Positions 8,960 to 18,382 of a DNA stretch of 64,000 bases are shown piece by piece; within the stretch, counting starts at the first letter, position 1, and each line of letters begins with the position of its first letter. The stretch covers positions 17,862 through 81,861 of the forward strand of contig DAINRU010000002.1 in the NCBI GenBank assembly GCA_036741695.1, read 5' to 3'. The notes under the pieces are model-generated. The model was not told where the DNA came from, did not search any database, and saw only the letters and a program-made list of their open reading frames with translations. The stretch comes from Vulcanimicrobiota bacterium (GTDB taxonomy: Bacteria; Vulcanimicrobiota; Vulcanimicrobiia; Eremiobacterales; Eremiobacteraceae). A program made the position numbers and the translations under genes.

Positions 8960-10738
8960 ATGTTCGATATGGCGTTGGCGATCTCGTCCAGCGGCGTGCC
9001 TGTCGGCATTGCCTCGACCGGGCTCGATGCAGACCTCGTCGAGGAGGTCCGCCGGGTTCGGCTTGCCTCACTCGCGGGAATCGACCTTTGGGATCTGCCC
9101 TTCTCGGTGGTCGACATCGAGACCACCGGTTCCGTGGCTGGCCGCGACGGCATCACGGAGATCGCGCTTGTTGGCGTCAACCAAGGGCACATCGCCCGCC
9201 GCTGGAGCACCTTCATCAATCCGGCGCAGCCGATCCCCACGTTCATCACGCAGCTCACCGGCATCACAAACGAGATGGTCGCTTGTGCCCCACCCATCGG
9301 CGAGATGCTTCCCGCCATCATGGAGTTCGTTGGCGACTCGGTGGTCGTCGGTCACAATGTCCGTTTCGATGCCCACTTCATCGATCGCGAGCTGTGCCGC
9401 CACGGTCACGCGCCGCTGTCCAATATCAAGCTCGACACGCTCGCCCTTGCGCGACGCACGATCGCCGAGGTCCCCAACTACAAGCTGGGCACGCTCACGC
9501 GGGAGCTCGGTATTGATGTCGAGCGTCATCACCGGGCATTGGCGGACGCGACCGCGACGGCCGAGCTTCTCATCCATTGTATCAAGAAGCTGGAGGACAA
9601 CGCGGTCTTCACGCTCGGCATGCTGCTCGATCACCTGCGCGTGCGCTCGGCCCCGAAACGCCGCCCCCTCGTACGTCGCATGTCCGACGCGTCGCAGCTT
9701 CCCGTGTGGACGGCGGTGTTGCGCAGCGAACTCGACGCCGTTCCGAGCAAACCCGGCGTGTACACGCTGCGCGATGCCGGCGACCAGATCGTCTACGTGG
9801 GGAAATCGCGCAATCTGCGGCAGCGGTTGCGGGCCTATGCGACGGCAGGCAAGCCGGTCGGCGCGAAGATGCGAGCCTTGCGCGCGGCCGTCGCGTCGTT
9901 CAACTTCACGGTGACCGGCTCGGAGCTGGAAGCCTTGCTCATGGAGGTGGAGCTCGTGCGCCTCCACGATCCGCCGTTCAACGACCGGTTGCGCAACTTC
10001 CAGCAGTTCGGCTTCATCAAGGTGGAGTCGGGGCCGCATGGGCGGCTTTTGACCACCACGCGCCTCTGCCAAGACGGCGCCCGTTACTACGGCCCGTACC
10101 GGAGCATGGCAGCGGCGCGCGGCGCTGTCGCAGCGTTGCAAGACGCGCTCGGTCTTGATTGCGGCGAAGCGGACACGCAGGTCGTGTTGCCGCCTGCCGA
10201 ACGTGAGGCGTTGCTCGAGGAGGCGGTGGCCTTCATCGAAGGCAGCGCGGATGAAGTGCTGCTCACCGTCGCTCGTCGTCGCGATGAGGCCGCAGCGCGC
10301 GGCAAAGCCGAACTTGCTGCGCGGGAAGAAGAGCGGCTCGAAAGGTTGCGCCGCCTGCGCGGGCGTCATTCAGCCTTGGAAGCGGCCGCCCGCCTGCACG
10401 CGGTCGTGCTGGCTGGCGCCGCGGACCCATCCGAAGAGGCCTGTTTTTTGTTCTGCGGTGGGCGTCTCGCCGCGCGCGAGCGACTGCCACGGCGGCTGCC
10501 GGATCGTACGCGCGCCACAGAGTTGCTCGGCAAGATGCTAGCGGAGAGCTTCGCGCCCGCAGACGCACCTCGGTGCTTTGTCAAGCAGCACGAGATCGAC
10601 CAGCTGTATATCTTCGCCGGCTGGTACGAGCAGCGGCGCGAGGGCCTCTACTATGCGGCGCTGCCCGACCGCCGTCCGGGCGACGGCGAGGCGCTGCGCT
10701 GGGCGCAGCTCATATTGGACGGCCAGGCAGTCGTCTAA
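8960..10738 (+). CDS. DEDDh 3'-5' exonuclease (DnaQ-like) fused to a GIY-YIG (UvrC/Cho-like) nuclease domain
   Basis: VVDIETTG, GHNVRFD, HRALADA (Exo I-III), then GVYTLRDAGDQIVYVGKSRNLRQRLRAY (GIY-YIG). Confidence 0.8.
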   Translation: MFDMALAISSSGVPVGIASTGLDADLVEEVRRVRLASLAGIDLWDLPFSVVDIETTGSVAGRDGITEIALVGVNQGHIARRWSTFINPAQPIPTFITQLTGITNEMVACAPPIGEMLPAIMEFVGDSVVVGHNVRFDAHFIDRELCRHGHAPLSNIKLDTLALARRTIAEVPNYKLGTLTRELGIDVERHHRALADATATAELLIHCIKKLEDNAVFTLGMLLDHLRVRSAPKRRPLVRRMSDASQLPVWTAVLRSELDAVPSKPGVYTLRDAGDQIVYVGKSRNLRQRLRAYATAGKPVGAKMRALRAAVASFNFTVTGSELEALLMEVELVRLHDPPFNDRLRNFQQFGFIKVESGPHGRLLTTTRLCQDGARYYGPYRSMAAARGAVAALQDALGLDCGEADTQVVLPPAEREALLEEAVAFIEGSADEVLLTVARRRDEAAARGKAELAAREEERLERLRRLRGRHSALEAAARLHAVVLAGAADPSEEACFLFCGGRLAARERLPRRLPDRTRATELLGKMLAESFAPADAPRCFVKQHEIDQLYIFAGWYEQRREGLYYAALPDRRPGDGEALRWAQLILDGQAVV

Positions 10739-10865
10739 CGCCTGTCTCAGCTTCGCCTACGCGGGATATCCGTGGGCCCGTGGTGGCGGCCTCATGGGAG
10801 AGGTCGGCGGTCGGACAACCGCCAAGAAGAGGAGCGGGCGCTGGTCATCCGGCGGATTTAATAGC

Positions 10866-11438
10866 ATGAATATGCGCCACCTTATCACCCTCTGCGCCGC
10901 CATGGCCTTGTTGACGCTCGGCATGGCAGGCCAGGCCACGGCCATCGAGCACGCGAGCACCCCGCAAAACGACGAGACGCGCGACAGCCTCATCGGCGAA
11001 GGCACGCTCGTCAAGATCGTCATGCTGCAGACGGTCTCAACCGCGCACTGCTCGGTGGGCGACAAATTCACGTTTCGCGTGGTCGATAACGTGATGGCCG
11101 GATCGCGGGTCGCGATCCCCGCGGGCACGACAGGCTCCGGCAAGGTGTCAGTCTGCAAGCCGGCGCACGGCGGACGTCAGAACGGGTCGCTCAAGGTCGA
11201 TTTCGACCCGATATTGTTAGGCGATGGGACGCAAGTGGACGTCGCCATCACGCGCGATAGTGTCGTGGCCGACGCCAACGAGAAAAATGGAACGGCGCCA
11301 GCGCTCGAAGACATCGCGAACATGATGGTCCCCGGGTTCTTTTTGGTGGACTTCCTGCGCAAAGGAGACGACGTGACGCTCGCCGCCAACCAGCCATTCC
11401 ATCTCGCCGTCACCGAGGACACGTTTCTCTCGCAGTAG
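10866..11438 (+). CDS. Secreted hypothetical protein
   Basis: Signal peptide MNMRHLITLCAAMALLTLGMAGQATA followed by a beta-rich body. The start is trimmed from track ORF 10578. Confidence 0.6.
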   Translation: MNMRHLITLCAAMALLTLGMAGQATAIEHASTPQNDETRDSLIGEGTLVKIVMLQTVSTAHCSVGDKFTFRVVDNVMAGSRVAIPAGTTGSGKVSVCKPAHGGRQNGSLKVDFDPILLGDGTQVDVAITRDSVVADANEKNGTAPALEDIANMMVPGFFLVDFLRKGDDVTLAANQPFHLAVTEDTFLSQ

Positions 11439-11439
11439 G

Positions 11440-12177
11440 CTATCCGGCCACGATGCGGTTGCGCAGCAACCCGATGCCGTCGATCTGCACCTCGACCACG
11501 TCGCCCACGTGCACGGGCCCGACACCGGCCGGAGTGCCGGTCGTGATGACGTCGCCCGGTTCCAACGTGAATGCTGCGGATATGTACTCGATGAGCGCCG
11601 GGATGCCGAAGATCAGATCGCTGACGGGCGCGTCCTGCTTCACGTCGCCGTTGACGAGCGTGCGGACGTGCAGCGTGTGCGGATCGATGCCGGTGACGAT
11701 GCACGGCCCAAGCGGTGCGAAGCCGTCGAAGCCTTTGGCGCGCGCCCATTGCCCATCCGTGCGCTGCAGGTCGCGGGCGGTGAAGTCGTTGCAGATCGTG
11801 TAGCCCAAAACCGCGCTTGAAGCCCGTTCGCGGCTCACGTTCTTGCAGCGCTCCCCGATCACGAGCGCCAGCTCGCCTTCAAAATCGACGTGCCGGCTTT
11901 GCGTCGGGTAGACGACGTCCCCTTCGTGGTGATTGAGCGCGGAGGGGGGTTTCAAGAACAGCAGCGGTTCGGACGGCAGCGGGTTGTTCATCTCGGCTGC
12001 ATGGTCCGCATAGTTGCGACCCACGCCGATGATCTTGGTCGGCACGCAGGGGGGCGCGAAGCTCACGGTCTCGAGCGCGACTCGACCGCCGGCAAAGACA
12101 AAGTCTGCGCCTTCGATGACGCCGTCGTGAATCGTCCCCGAGATACGGCAACGGCATAGTCTGCGGATGGTGGGCAT
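11440..12177 (-). CDS. Fumarylacetoacetate hydrolase (FAH) family protein
   Basis: KIIGVGRNYADHAAEM..PLLFLKPPSAL..VDFEGELALVIG..GTPAGVG. ATG at 12177 chosen. Confidence 0.85.
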   Translation of the reverse strand: MPTIRRLCRCRISGTIHDGVIEGADFVFAGGRVALETVSFAPPCVPTKIIGVGRNYADHAAEMNNPLPSEPLLFLKPPSALNHHEGDVVYPTQSRHVDFEGELALVIGERCKNVSRERASSAVLGYTICNDFTARDLQRTDGQWARAKGFDGFAPLGPCIVTGIDPHTLHVRTLVNGDVKQDAPVSDLIFGIPALIEYISAAFTLEPGDVITTGTPAGVGPVHVGDVVEVQIDGIGLLRNRIVAG

Positions 12178-12266
12178 GAGCGACGGCCAGCTTTTGTCGC
12201 GCCGGCATGCTCTTCCTCGGAGAGTCGCGCGAAGGCGCGCCAGCGGCTGACGCGCAATAGCCCGGC

Positions 12267-13670
12267 ATGAGCTCCACACGAGAATTCGATTTTTGCGTGC
12301 TGGGCGGTGGCAGTGCGGGATACGCTGCCGCGACCACCGCGGCCAGCATGGGCAAATCGGTCGCGATCGCCGACGGGAACGGCCCTTTGGCCGGTCTGTG
12401 CATCCTGCGCGGCTGCATGCCGTCGAAGACCCTGCTGCGCTCTGCGGAGATTGCCCATCTGATGCGCCTCGCTCCGGCGCTCGGCGTGACGCCGGCTGGC
12501 GTGCGCATCGACGTGCCGGCCATCATCGAGCGCAAGCGCCGCATCATCGGCGGTTTCGCCGACCATCGCATCGAGGGGCTCGAGCGGTTTCCGCTGCTGC
12601 GCGGCGAGCCGCGTTTTGTGAGCCCGACCGAGCTTCAGATCGGCGATCACACAGTCCACGCGCAACGATTCCTCATCGCCACCGGTTCTGTGATCAACGT
12701 GCCGCCGGTGCCTGGACTGCGCGAGACCGGCTTCCTGACAAGCGATGACGTCCTCGAGCTGAAGGTGCTGCCCAAGAGCGTCGCCGTGCTCGGCGGCGGT
12801 GATGTGGCGGTCGAGCTGGCCCAGTATCTCGCCCGCATGGGAGTGATCACGACGATCGTGCAGCGCAGCACGACGCTGTTGTCGGCAGAAGACCCGGACA
12901 TCGGCGAGGCGCTGCGCAGCTGGCTGGAAAAAGATGGCATCAGCGTCGTCTGCGGCACCGCCCTGCGCCGCGTTGAGGTGCGGGCCGGCGGTAAACGCGT
13001 CATCGCGCAATCGGGCGATCGCGAGATCGCGATAGAAGCCGAGGAGATCTTCGTCGCGCTCGGCCGCCGGCCCAATGTCGAAGGGTTCGGTTTCGATGCC
13101 GCAGGCGTCGCCCACGATCAGGGCGGAGTGAAGGTCGACGAGCACCTGCGCACCACAAACCCGCGGATCTATGCGGCCGGGGATGTGACCGGGAAATGGC
13201 AGCTCGTCCACATCGCGGTGTACGGCGGGGCGCTTGCCGCTGCCAATGCGTTCTCCGAGCTACAGAAGGCGATCGATTACGATCGTTGGTCGGCCCGTGC
13301 CGTGTTCACCGATCCGCAGGTCGGGATCGCGGGCCTGAGCGAGCGGGAGTGCCAGCAACGCGGGATCTCGTACGAGAAGGCGACCTTCCCGTTCGCGGAT
13401 CTCGGCAAGGCGATCACCGCAGAGTTGACGGCCGGTTTCGTGAAGATGCTCGCCGCAGGGGATGGCCGGATTCTGGGCGTCGCCATCGTCGGCACCGAGG
13501 CGTCGGATCTCATCCACGAGGCCATCGCGCTCATCTACTTCGGCGCTCGCTGCCATGACGTCTTGGAGATGCCCCACCTGCACCCTACCCTGGCCGAGAT
13601 ACTCACCTATCCAGCGGAAGAGCTTTGCGAACGGATCGAGCACCAGCGTCATGCCGTCGTCACGCCGTAA
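12267..13670 (+). CDS. FAD-dependent pyridine nucleotide-disulfide oxidoreductase (dihydrolipoyl dehydrogenase / mercuric reductase-like)
   Basis: GGGSAGYAAA, redox-active CILRGCMPSK, a second Rossmann VLGGGDVAVELAQ, and HPTLAE near the C-terminus. Confidence 0.85.
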   Translation: MSSTREFDFCVLGGGSAGYAAATTAASMGKSVAIADGNGPLAGLCILRGCMPSKTLLRSAEIAHLMRLAPALGVTPAGVRIDVPAIIERKRRIIGGFADHRIEGLERFPLLRGEPRFVSPTELQIGDHTVHAQRFLIATGSVINVPPVPGLRETGFLTSDDVLELKVLPKSVAVLGGGDVAVELAQYLARMGVITTIVQRSTTLLSAEDPDIGEALRSWLEKDGISVVCGTALRRVEVRAGGKRVIAQSGDREIAIEAEEIFVALGRRPNVEGFGFDAAGVAHDQGGVKVDEHLRTTNPRIYAAGDVTGKWQLVHIAVYGGALAAANAFSELQKAIDYDRWSARAVFTDPQVGIAGLSERECQQRGISYEKATFPFADLGKAITAELTAGFVKMLAAGDGRILGVAIVGTEASDLIHEAIALIYFGARCHDVLEMPHLHPTLAEILTYPAEELCERIEHQRHAVVTP

Positions 13671-13725
13671 AGCTGGCGATGCGCGCCGCGATGACGGGGC
13701 GAAGAGGGTCGGCGCAGATCTAGCG

Positions 13726-14505
13726 ATGTACCGCAAGCCCCGTCTGTACGACGTGGCGTTCGGCTTTCGCGACATCCCGGCGGAGTGCGACGGGCTGCTC
13801 ACACTTGCCGCGCGCTACGGGATGAAGCATCCGAAGCGCGTGCTCGAGCTAGCTTGCGGCCCCGCACACCATCTCCGTGAGCTCGGCCGCCGCGGCTTCA
13901 CCTGCCACGGGATCGACATCAACGCGGAGATGCTCGCCTATGCTCGGGAGCTGTGCCGGCGCGAAAACGTGGACGTCACGTTGCGCCGCGGGGATATGCG
14001 GACCTTTCACGTTGCCCAGCGGTTCGACATCGTACTCTGCCTCTTCGACTCCTTCGCGCAGTGCACGACCGAGCCAGACGCGATCGCGACGCTGCGCTCG
14101 TCCGCCAATGCGCTCAAGCAGAGCGGACTGCTCTTCGTCGAGTTCACCCATCCTTCGGACTATTTCGGTGCGTCACGCAGCCGGACGGTCGACCGCTGGA
14201 CGCAAAGCGATGGCGACCTGACGGTCAAGGCGCGCTTTTCCATCACCCGGGTGGACCCGGTGGCCGAGACCTTCATCGCCAACATGTCCATCGAGCCGAA
14301 GGCCGCAAACGGCAAGCGGCATCGTGCCGAGCGCTTGGAGATGCGCTGGTTACAGCGCATGTGGATGCGCGGGGGATTTCAATACGTCGCGCTGGCCAGC
14401 GGCGCATTCGATCTCGTGGGTTGGTATGGCGACATCGATCCCATCGTCCCGATCGCGGGCGGCCCTGAGGCATGGCGCATGATCGCCGTGCTCCGTCGTC
14501 ACTAG
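13726..14505 (+). CDS. Class I SAM-dependent methyltransferase
   Basis: VLELACGPAHH (motif I) and the acidic loop GIDIN. Start ATG 13726, trimmed from track ORF 13462. Confidence 0.75.
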   Translation: MYRKPRLYDVAFGFRDIPAECDGLLTLAARYGMKHPKRVLELACGPAHHLRELGRRGFTCHGIDINAEMLAYARELCRRENVDVTLRRGDMRTFHVAQRFDIVLCLFDSFAQCTTEPDAIATLRSSANALKQSGLLFVEFTHPSDYFGASRSRTVDRWTQSDGDLTVKARFSITRVDPVAETFIANMSIEPKAANGKRHRAERLEMRWLQRMWMRGGFQYVALASGAFDLVGWYGDIDPIVPIAGGPEAWRMIAVLRRH

Positions 14506-14512
14506 CGCCTGC

Positions 14513-15472
14513 ATGCACGTCGTCTCATTCGACTCTATCTGGAACGACGAGCTCGCACCGCTGCTCGATCGGTCGTTGACCTTCGCGGTCGTCGACCGCA
14601 ACGACGCGCAACGGCGCGACGCAGAGCTCGCGCGCGCGGACGTCCTGGTCAGCGCCCGCTTCACCGCTGAGATGGGGCGAGCGAGCACACGGCTGCGCCT
14701 GCTCGTCTGTCCGGCTGCCGGCACCGAGCACATCGACCGGGCTGCGCTGCCGCCCGGCGTTGAGGTGTTCAACGGCAGAGGGCACGAGATCCCGATGGCG
14801 GAGTATACGATTGGCTATTTGGTGGCATTGCGTCAGCATCTGCTGGAGAGCGATGCAGCGCTGCGCCGCGGCGAGTGGCGTTACGGGTTCTATGGTGGTG
14901 GTGGCATGCTGGGGGAGTTGTATGGGTCGAACCTGGGAATGGTCGGATTCGGCCGCATCGGACACGAGATCGCGCTGCGCGCCGCCGCGTTCGGCATGCG
15001 CTGCGCTGCGGTGACGCTGCACCCGGAGCGTGCGCGTGCGGGAAGCGCTAATCTGGAGTTCTTCGGCAAGCTCGACGACGCGACCGATGTCGACCGTCTC
15101 GTGCGCTGGGCCGATGGGCTTGTGCTGTGCTGCGAATTATCGCCGCTGACGCGGGGGCTCATGGATGCCCGGCGGTTCGGCATCATGAGATCGAACGCGC
15201 TACTCGTCAACGTCGCTCGCGGTGCCATCGCCGTCGAACAGGACCAGTACGACGCGTTGGCCGGCAAACGCATCGCCGGGGCAGCGCTTGACGTCTGGTA
15301 CCATTATCCGCATGCACCGGGCGAAGTGCGCCGTCCATCGGACCTGCCGTTCCACGAACTCGACAACGTCATCATGTCGCCGCACTCAAGCGGGTGGACG
15401 GATGGTGCGAAGAGCCGGCGTCTGGCGGCGATGGCCAAGGCCATCAACGACTTCGCACGCAACAACGCGTGA
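14513..15472 (+). CDS. D-isomer specific 2-hydroxyacid dehydrogenase family protein
   Basis: GMVGFGRIGHEIALRA NAD-binding motif, LVNVARG, DVWYHYP, SPHSSG. Confidence 0.85.
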   Translation: MHVVSFDSIWNDELAPLLDRSLTFAVVDRNDAQRRDAELARADVLVSARFTAEMGRASTRLRLLVCPAAGTEHIDRAALPPGVEVFNGRGHEIPMAEYTIGYLVALRQHLLESDAALRRGEWRYGFYGGGGMLGELYGSNLGMVGFGRIGHEIALRAAAFGMRCAAVTLHPERARAGSANLEFFGKLDDATDVDRLVRWADGLVLCCELSPLTRGLMDARRFGIMRSNALLVNVARGAIAVEQDQYDALAGKRIAGAALDVWYHYPHAPGEVRRPSDLPFHELDNVIMSPHSSGWTDGAKSRRLAAMAKAINDFARNNA

Positions 15473-15496
15473 AGCAGATGCGATGCCGCGCGCGAC

Positions 15497-16333
15497 TCAG
15501 CCGCGCTCGAGCAACTGTCGCGCTCGCAGGAAAACTCTGTTCAGCATCGCTTGAGTGAGTAGGCCCGTGTTCGTGTTCTGCCGGCTCGGGTGATAGCTGC
15601 CCATGAGGATGATGTCGCTGCGTCCCGGCGCGCTGAGACGGAATTCGATTGCATGGCTGAAGGCAGGACGTGTGGGGCTTGTGTACCCGCGCTCCCGAAG
15701 GCGAGCGTGGATGTTGTCGAAGCCGATCTTGCCGAGTGCTAGCACGACCTTGAGCGATGTGAGGATGTCAAGTTCGGCGCGCAGGTGATCGGCGCATCGG
15801 ACGAGCTGGACGGGCGTCGGGCGATTGCCGGGCGGCGCGCACCGTAGAGCAGCGGACATGAAAGCGTCTTTGAGTTCGAAGCCATCGCCGCGCCGAACCG
15901 AGGTGGGCTGGGTCGCGAAGCCTGCGCGGTAGAGCGCGCGGGCGAGGAACAGCGCGGAACCGTCTCCGGTGAACATCCGCCCCGTGCGATTGCCGCCGTG
16001 CGCCGCGGGGGCGAGCCCCATGATGAAAAGCCGCGCGGAGGCGTGGCCGATGCTCGGCACGGGTTTGCCCCAGTAGGTCTGGGTCGCGAACTGAGGTTTT
16101 TTCTCCCGGGCGATCCGCAGACAGTAGGCGCGCAGTTCCGGGCAACGCCGGCAGGCGACGATGCGCTTCCTGACGGTCTCCAGGCTGGATCGAGCCGGGC
16201 GCCTGCGGTGCGCCGCATCTTGGTCTCCCGCGCGCACACGTTTTGCCGGACGCGAAATCGCTGGCATGGACCTTAGTGCCGCGCACCGATGGGCGAGCGA
16301 TCCCCGATCCATTGCGCAGGCGTGATCGCCCAA
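15497..16333 (-). CDS. Uracil-DNA glycosylase, family 4/5 (UdgB-like)
   Basis: CRRCPELRAYC and GLAPAAHGGNRTGRMFTGD, with HPSRQN near the C-terminus. An alternative start at ATG 16267 would remove the overlap with the upstream channel gene. Confidence 0.8.
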   Translation of the reverse strand: MGDHACAMDRGSLAHRCAALRSMPAISRPAKRVRAGDQDAAHRRRPARSSLETVRKRIVACRRCPELRAYCLRIAREKKPQFATQTYWGKPVPSIGHASARLFIMGLAPAAHGGNRTGRMFTGDGSALFLARALYRAGFATQPTSVRRGDGFELKDAFMSAALRCAPPGNRPTPVQLVRCADHLRAELDILTSLKVVLALGKIGFDNIHARLRERGYTSPTRPAFSHAIEFRLSAPGRSDIILMGSYHPSRQNTNTGLLTQAMLNRVFLRARQLLERG

Positions 16334-17331
16334 TTACGGGACATGTTATTGAGCGCGCTCGCATACTCGGCGCGCAGTCGCTGGAAAGCATCCCACGCTT
16401 GATCTTCATCAGCCAGGGTGTAGCCGGCAGCCGCGAGACGCATCCGCGCCGCGCTGAACTCGTCGCGCTCCACCAGCACGTTGTCGTCGCCGAGCAGCCC
16501 GAAATATTTAGCGAGGTCGTGAGTGAGGTGCGAGCCGACGCTATGCAAGATGGCGGCTTGGCCCTTAGGCACATCCTCAACGGTAGACATGACGAGGGTG
16601 GCGGCGTCGAGCATAGCGCCGAGCGCTGCGAACCATGAGACGTCGACGTGACTCGAACGGAAGTAGCAGAGCACTGGGTAGGCGAGGTGGGTATCGAGCA
16701 CCTCCGCGCACCAGACTTGGCCTTGCTCGAAGAAGCGTGGCAGATCGTGGACGAGATCGAAGCTGGCGTACGTCTCGAGCACGCTGACGCCGGAGGGGGG
16801 TGCGCTGCCGCGCGCGTCGAGCATCACCACGAAGACCTCACGGCGCTGAAACGACGCGAAGAGCGAGAAGAGGAAGGTGAGGACGATGGCGACTGTCGCC
16901 AGGCCGGTGGCGCCGGCGGTGACCGAGACGACGCGCGCCGGCCATCCGACCGCGACGATATCGCCATAGCCGATGGTGAGGAGCGACGTACCAGCGTAGT
17001 ACATCGCAGCCCCGATGTCGGTCGGCGGAGGTCGTAGCCCGTCTTGAAGTCCTAAGAACACGAGCCCGAAGCCGAGGATGAGGCCGAAGACCCAGCCGCC
17101 GAGGAGCAGGACCATGACGAACGGCGCGTAGATGCCTAGGAAAAAATCTCTTCGCTGCGGTGGCTCGATGCCGATGCACAGCCTGCGCCAGGCCCGCCAC
17201 GTGTAGCGGCGCAGATACGCGCTCACCAGAAGCGCGCTGCGCACCGGCCGGGGCACGAGCACCGACGCGAAGATATCGAAGATGATAACGGCGATGACCA
17301 CGAACCCGGCCACGATAAGGACGACGTGCAT
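16273..17331 (-). CDS. Potassium channel family protein (2-TM pore) with a large cytoplasmic C-terminal domain
   Basis: Selectivity filter TSLLTIGYGDIV flanked by TM helices; about 200-aa C-terminal domain of unknown function. Confidence 0.8.
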   Translation of the reverse strand: MHVVLIVAGFVVIAVIIFDIFASVLVPRPVRSALLVSAYLRRYTWRAWRRLCIGIEPPQRRDFFLGIYAPFVMVLLLGGWVFGLILGFGLVFLGLQDGLRPPPTDIGAAMYYAGTSLLTIGYGDIVAVGWPARVVSVTAGATGLATVAIVLTFLFSLFASFQRREVFVVMLDARGSAPPSGVSVLETYASFDLVHDLPRFFEQGQVWCAEVLDTHLAYPVLCYFRSSHVDVSWFAALGAMLDAATLVMSTVEDVPKGQAAILHSVGSHLTHDLAKYFGLLGDDNVLVERDEFSAARMRLAAAGYTLADEDQAWDAFQRLRAEYASALNNMSRNWAITPAQWIGDRSPIGARH

Positions 17332-17383
17332 GCTCGGAGGTACCTCGTGCGTGCAGTGAGTTCACTGTTACGGCACGAAGCCC

Positions 17384-17923
17384 TTGGCGATGGAGACCAG
17401 GCATCAAATGCCGCTCAGCGCTGTGATTCTGGAGACGGAACGCTTGCGGCTGCGCGAGCTGCGACAGTCGGATTTCGACGAGCTCTATGCCATGTTCAAC
17501 GACCCACTCGTCATGCGCTACTATCCCGCCACGCGTGACGAGCACGGGACCCAGCAATGGATCGACTGGATGGTTGAGGAGCGCTATCCACAGCACGGGC
17601 ACGGGCTCTGGGCTGTAGAGCGAAAAGAGGATGGCGAGTTCCTTGGACAGTGCGGTCTGCTCTTGCAGGAGGTGGACGGCGCAGATGAGGTCGAGATCGG
17701 CTACCTGTTCAAGAGTTCGCAGTGGCACAAGGGCTATGCGACCGAAGCCGCACAGGCGTGCAAAGAGTATGCCTTCGCCGCTCTCGGATGCCCGTACGTC
17801 ATATCGCTCATCCGGCCGATCAACATGCCGTCACGCGCCGTCGCAGAACGCAATGGGATGTCGGTGTGGAAGACCACGACGTTCAAGGGTTTTGAATCGC
17901 TCGTCTACCGCGCGAACCGATAG
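17384..17923 (+). CDS. GNAT family N-acetyltransferase (RimJ/RimL-like)
   Basis: LETERLRLRELRQSDFDELY.. and QWHKGYATEAA. An alternative start at 17408 is possible. Confidence 0.8.
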   Translation: MAMETRHQMPLSAVILETERLRLRELRQSDFDELYAMFNDPLVMRYYPATRDEHGTQQWIDWMVEERYPQHGHGLWAVERKEDGEFLGQCGLLLQEVDGADEVEIGYLFKSSQWHKGYATEAAQACKEYAFAALGCPYVISLIRPINMPSRAVAERNGMSVWKTTTFKGFESLVYRANR

Positions 17924-17926
17924 GCA

Positions 17927-18361
17927 GTGACAGCATTTTTGGGCTTCGATCACATCGACGTGCGGGTGCGCTCGCTCAAAGCGGTCGAGGCGTTCTACGA
18001 CGAGCTCATGCCTGCGCTCGGACTTCCGGAGAAACGGTTCGCGCACGTCGACGAGCACGGCGACTGGGATGATCCGTCGGACGACAAGCCATACAACGCC
18101 GTCGAGTACTACGAGCCCAAAGCATCGGGGAAGACCGGCTTCTTTATCGGCTTTATCGAAGACTCCACGATGACGCCGCCGCTGACGCGAATCGCGTTCC
18201 GCGTCGCGGCGTCTGCGGAGTTGCAGCGTTGGCACGATCTTCTCGGGCCGATGCGTGCGTACAACATCGAGTGGTCAGCGTCAGAGCTCTACCCGGCGAT
18301 CTTCTTCGAAGACGCGGTGGGGACCAAGCTGGAGCTTGTCGCTCGCCGGCCGACCCCTTAG
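17927..18361 (+). CDS. VOC (glyoxalase/bleomycin resistance) family protein
   Basis: FDHIDVRVRSLKAVEAFYDELMPALG and a C-terminal beta-alpha-beta-beta-beta-like repeat pattern. Confidence 0.65.
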   Translation: MTAFLGFDHIDVRVRSLKAVEAFYDELMPALGLPEKRFAHVDEHGDWDDPSDDKPYNAVEYYEPKASGKTGFFIGFIEDSTMTPPLTRIAFRVAASAELQRWHDLLGPMRAYNIEWSASELYPAIFFEDAVGTKLELVARRPTP

Positions 18362-18382
18362 CGGGGCCAGGCCTCCTCAACC

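Noticed and set aside
8884-9321. N-terminal 146 codons of track ORF 8176-9321
   Set aside because: The alpha/beta hydrolase fold starts at MPQQLLYLHGSG (ATG 8883). The upstream part overlaps the divergent exonuclease gene and is compositionally odd.
9068-10369. 433-aa minus-strand ORF; also the 8655-9914 plus-strand 419-aa ORF
   Set aside because: Both overlap the exonuclease/GIY-YIG gene, which has clear catalytic motifs. Their translations are Arg/Pro/Ser-rich with no recognisable domains.
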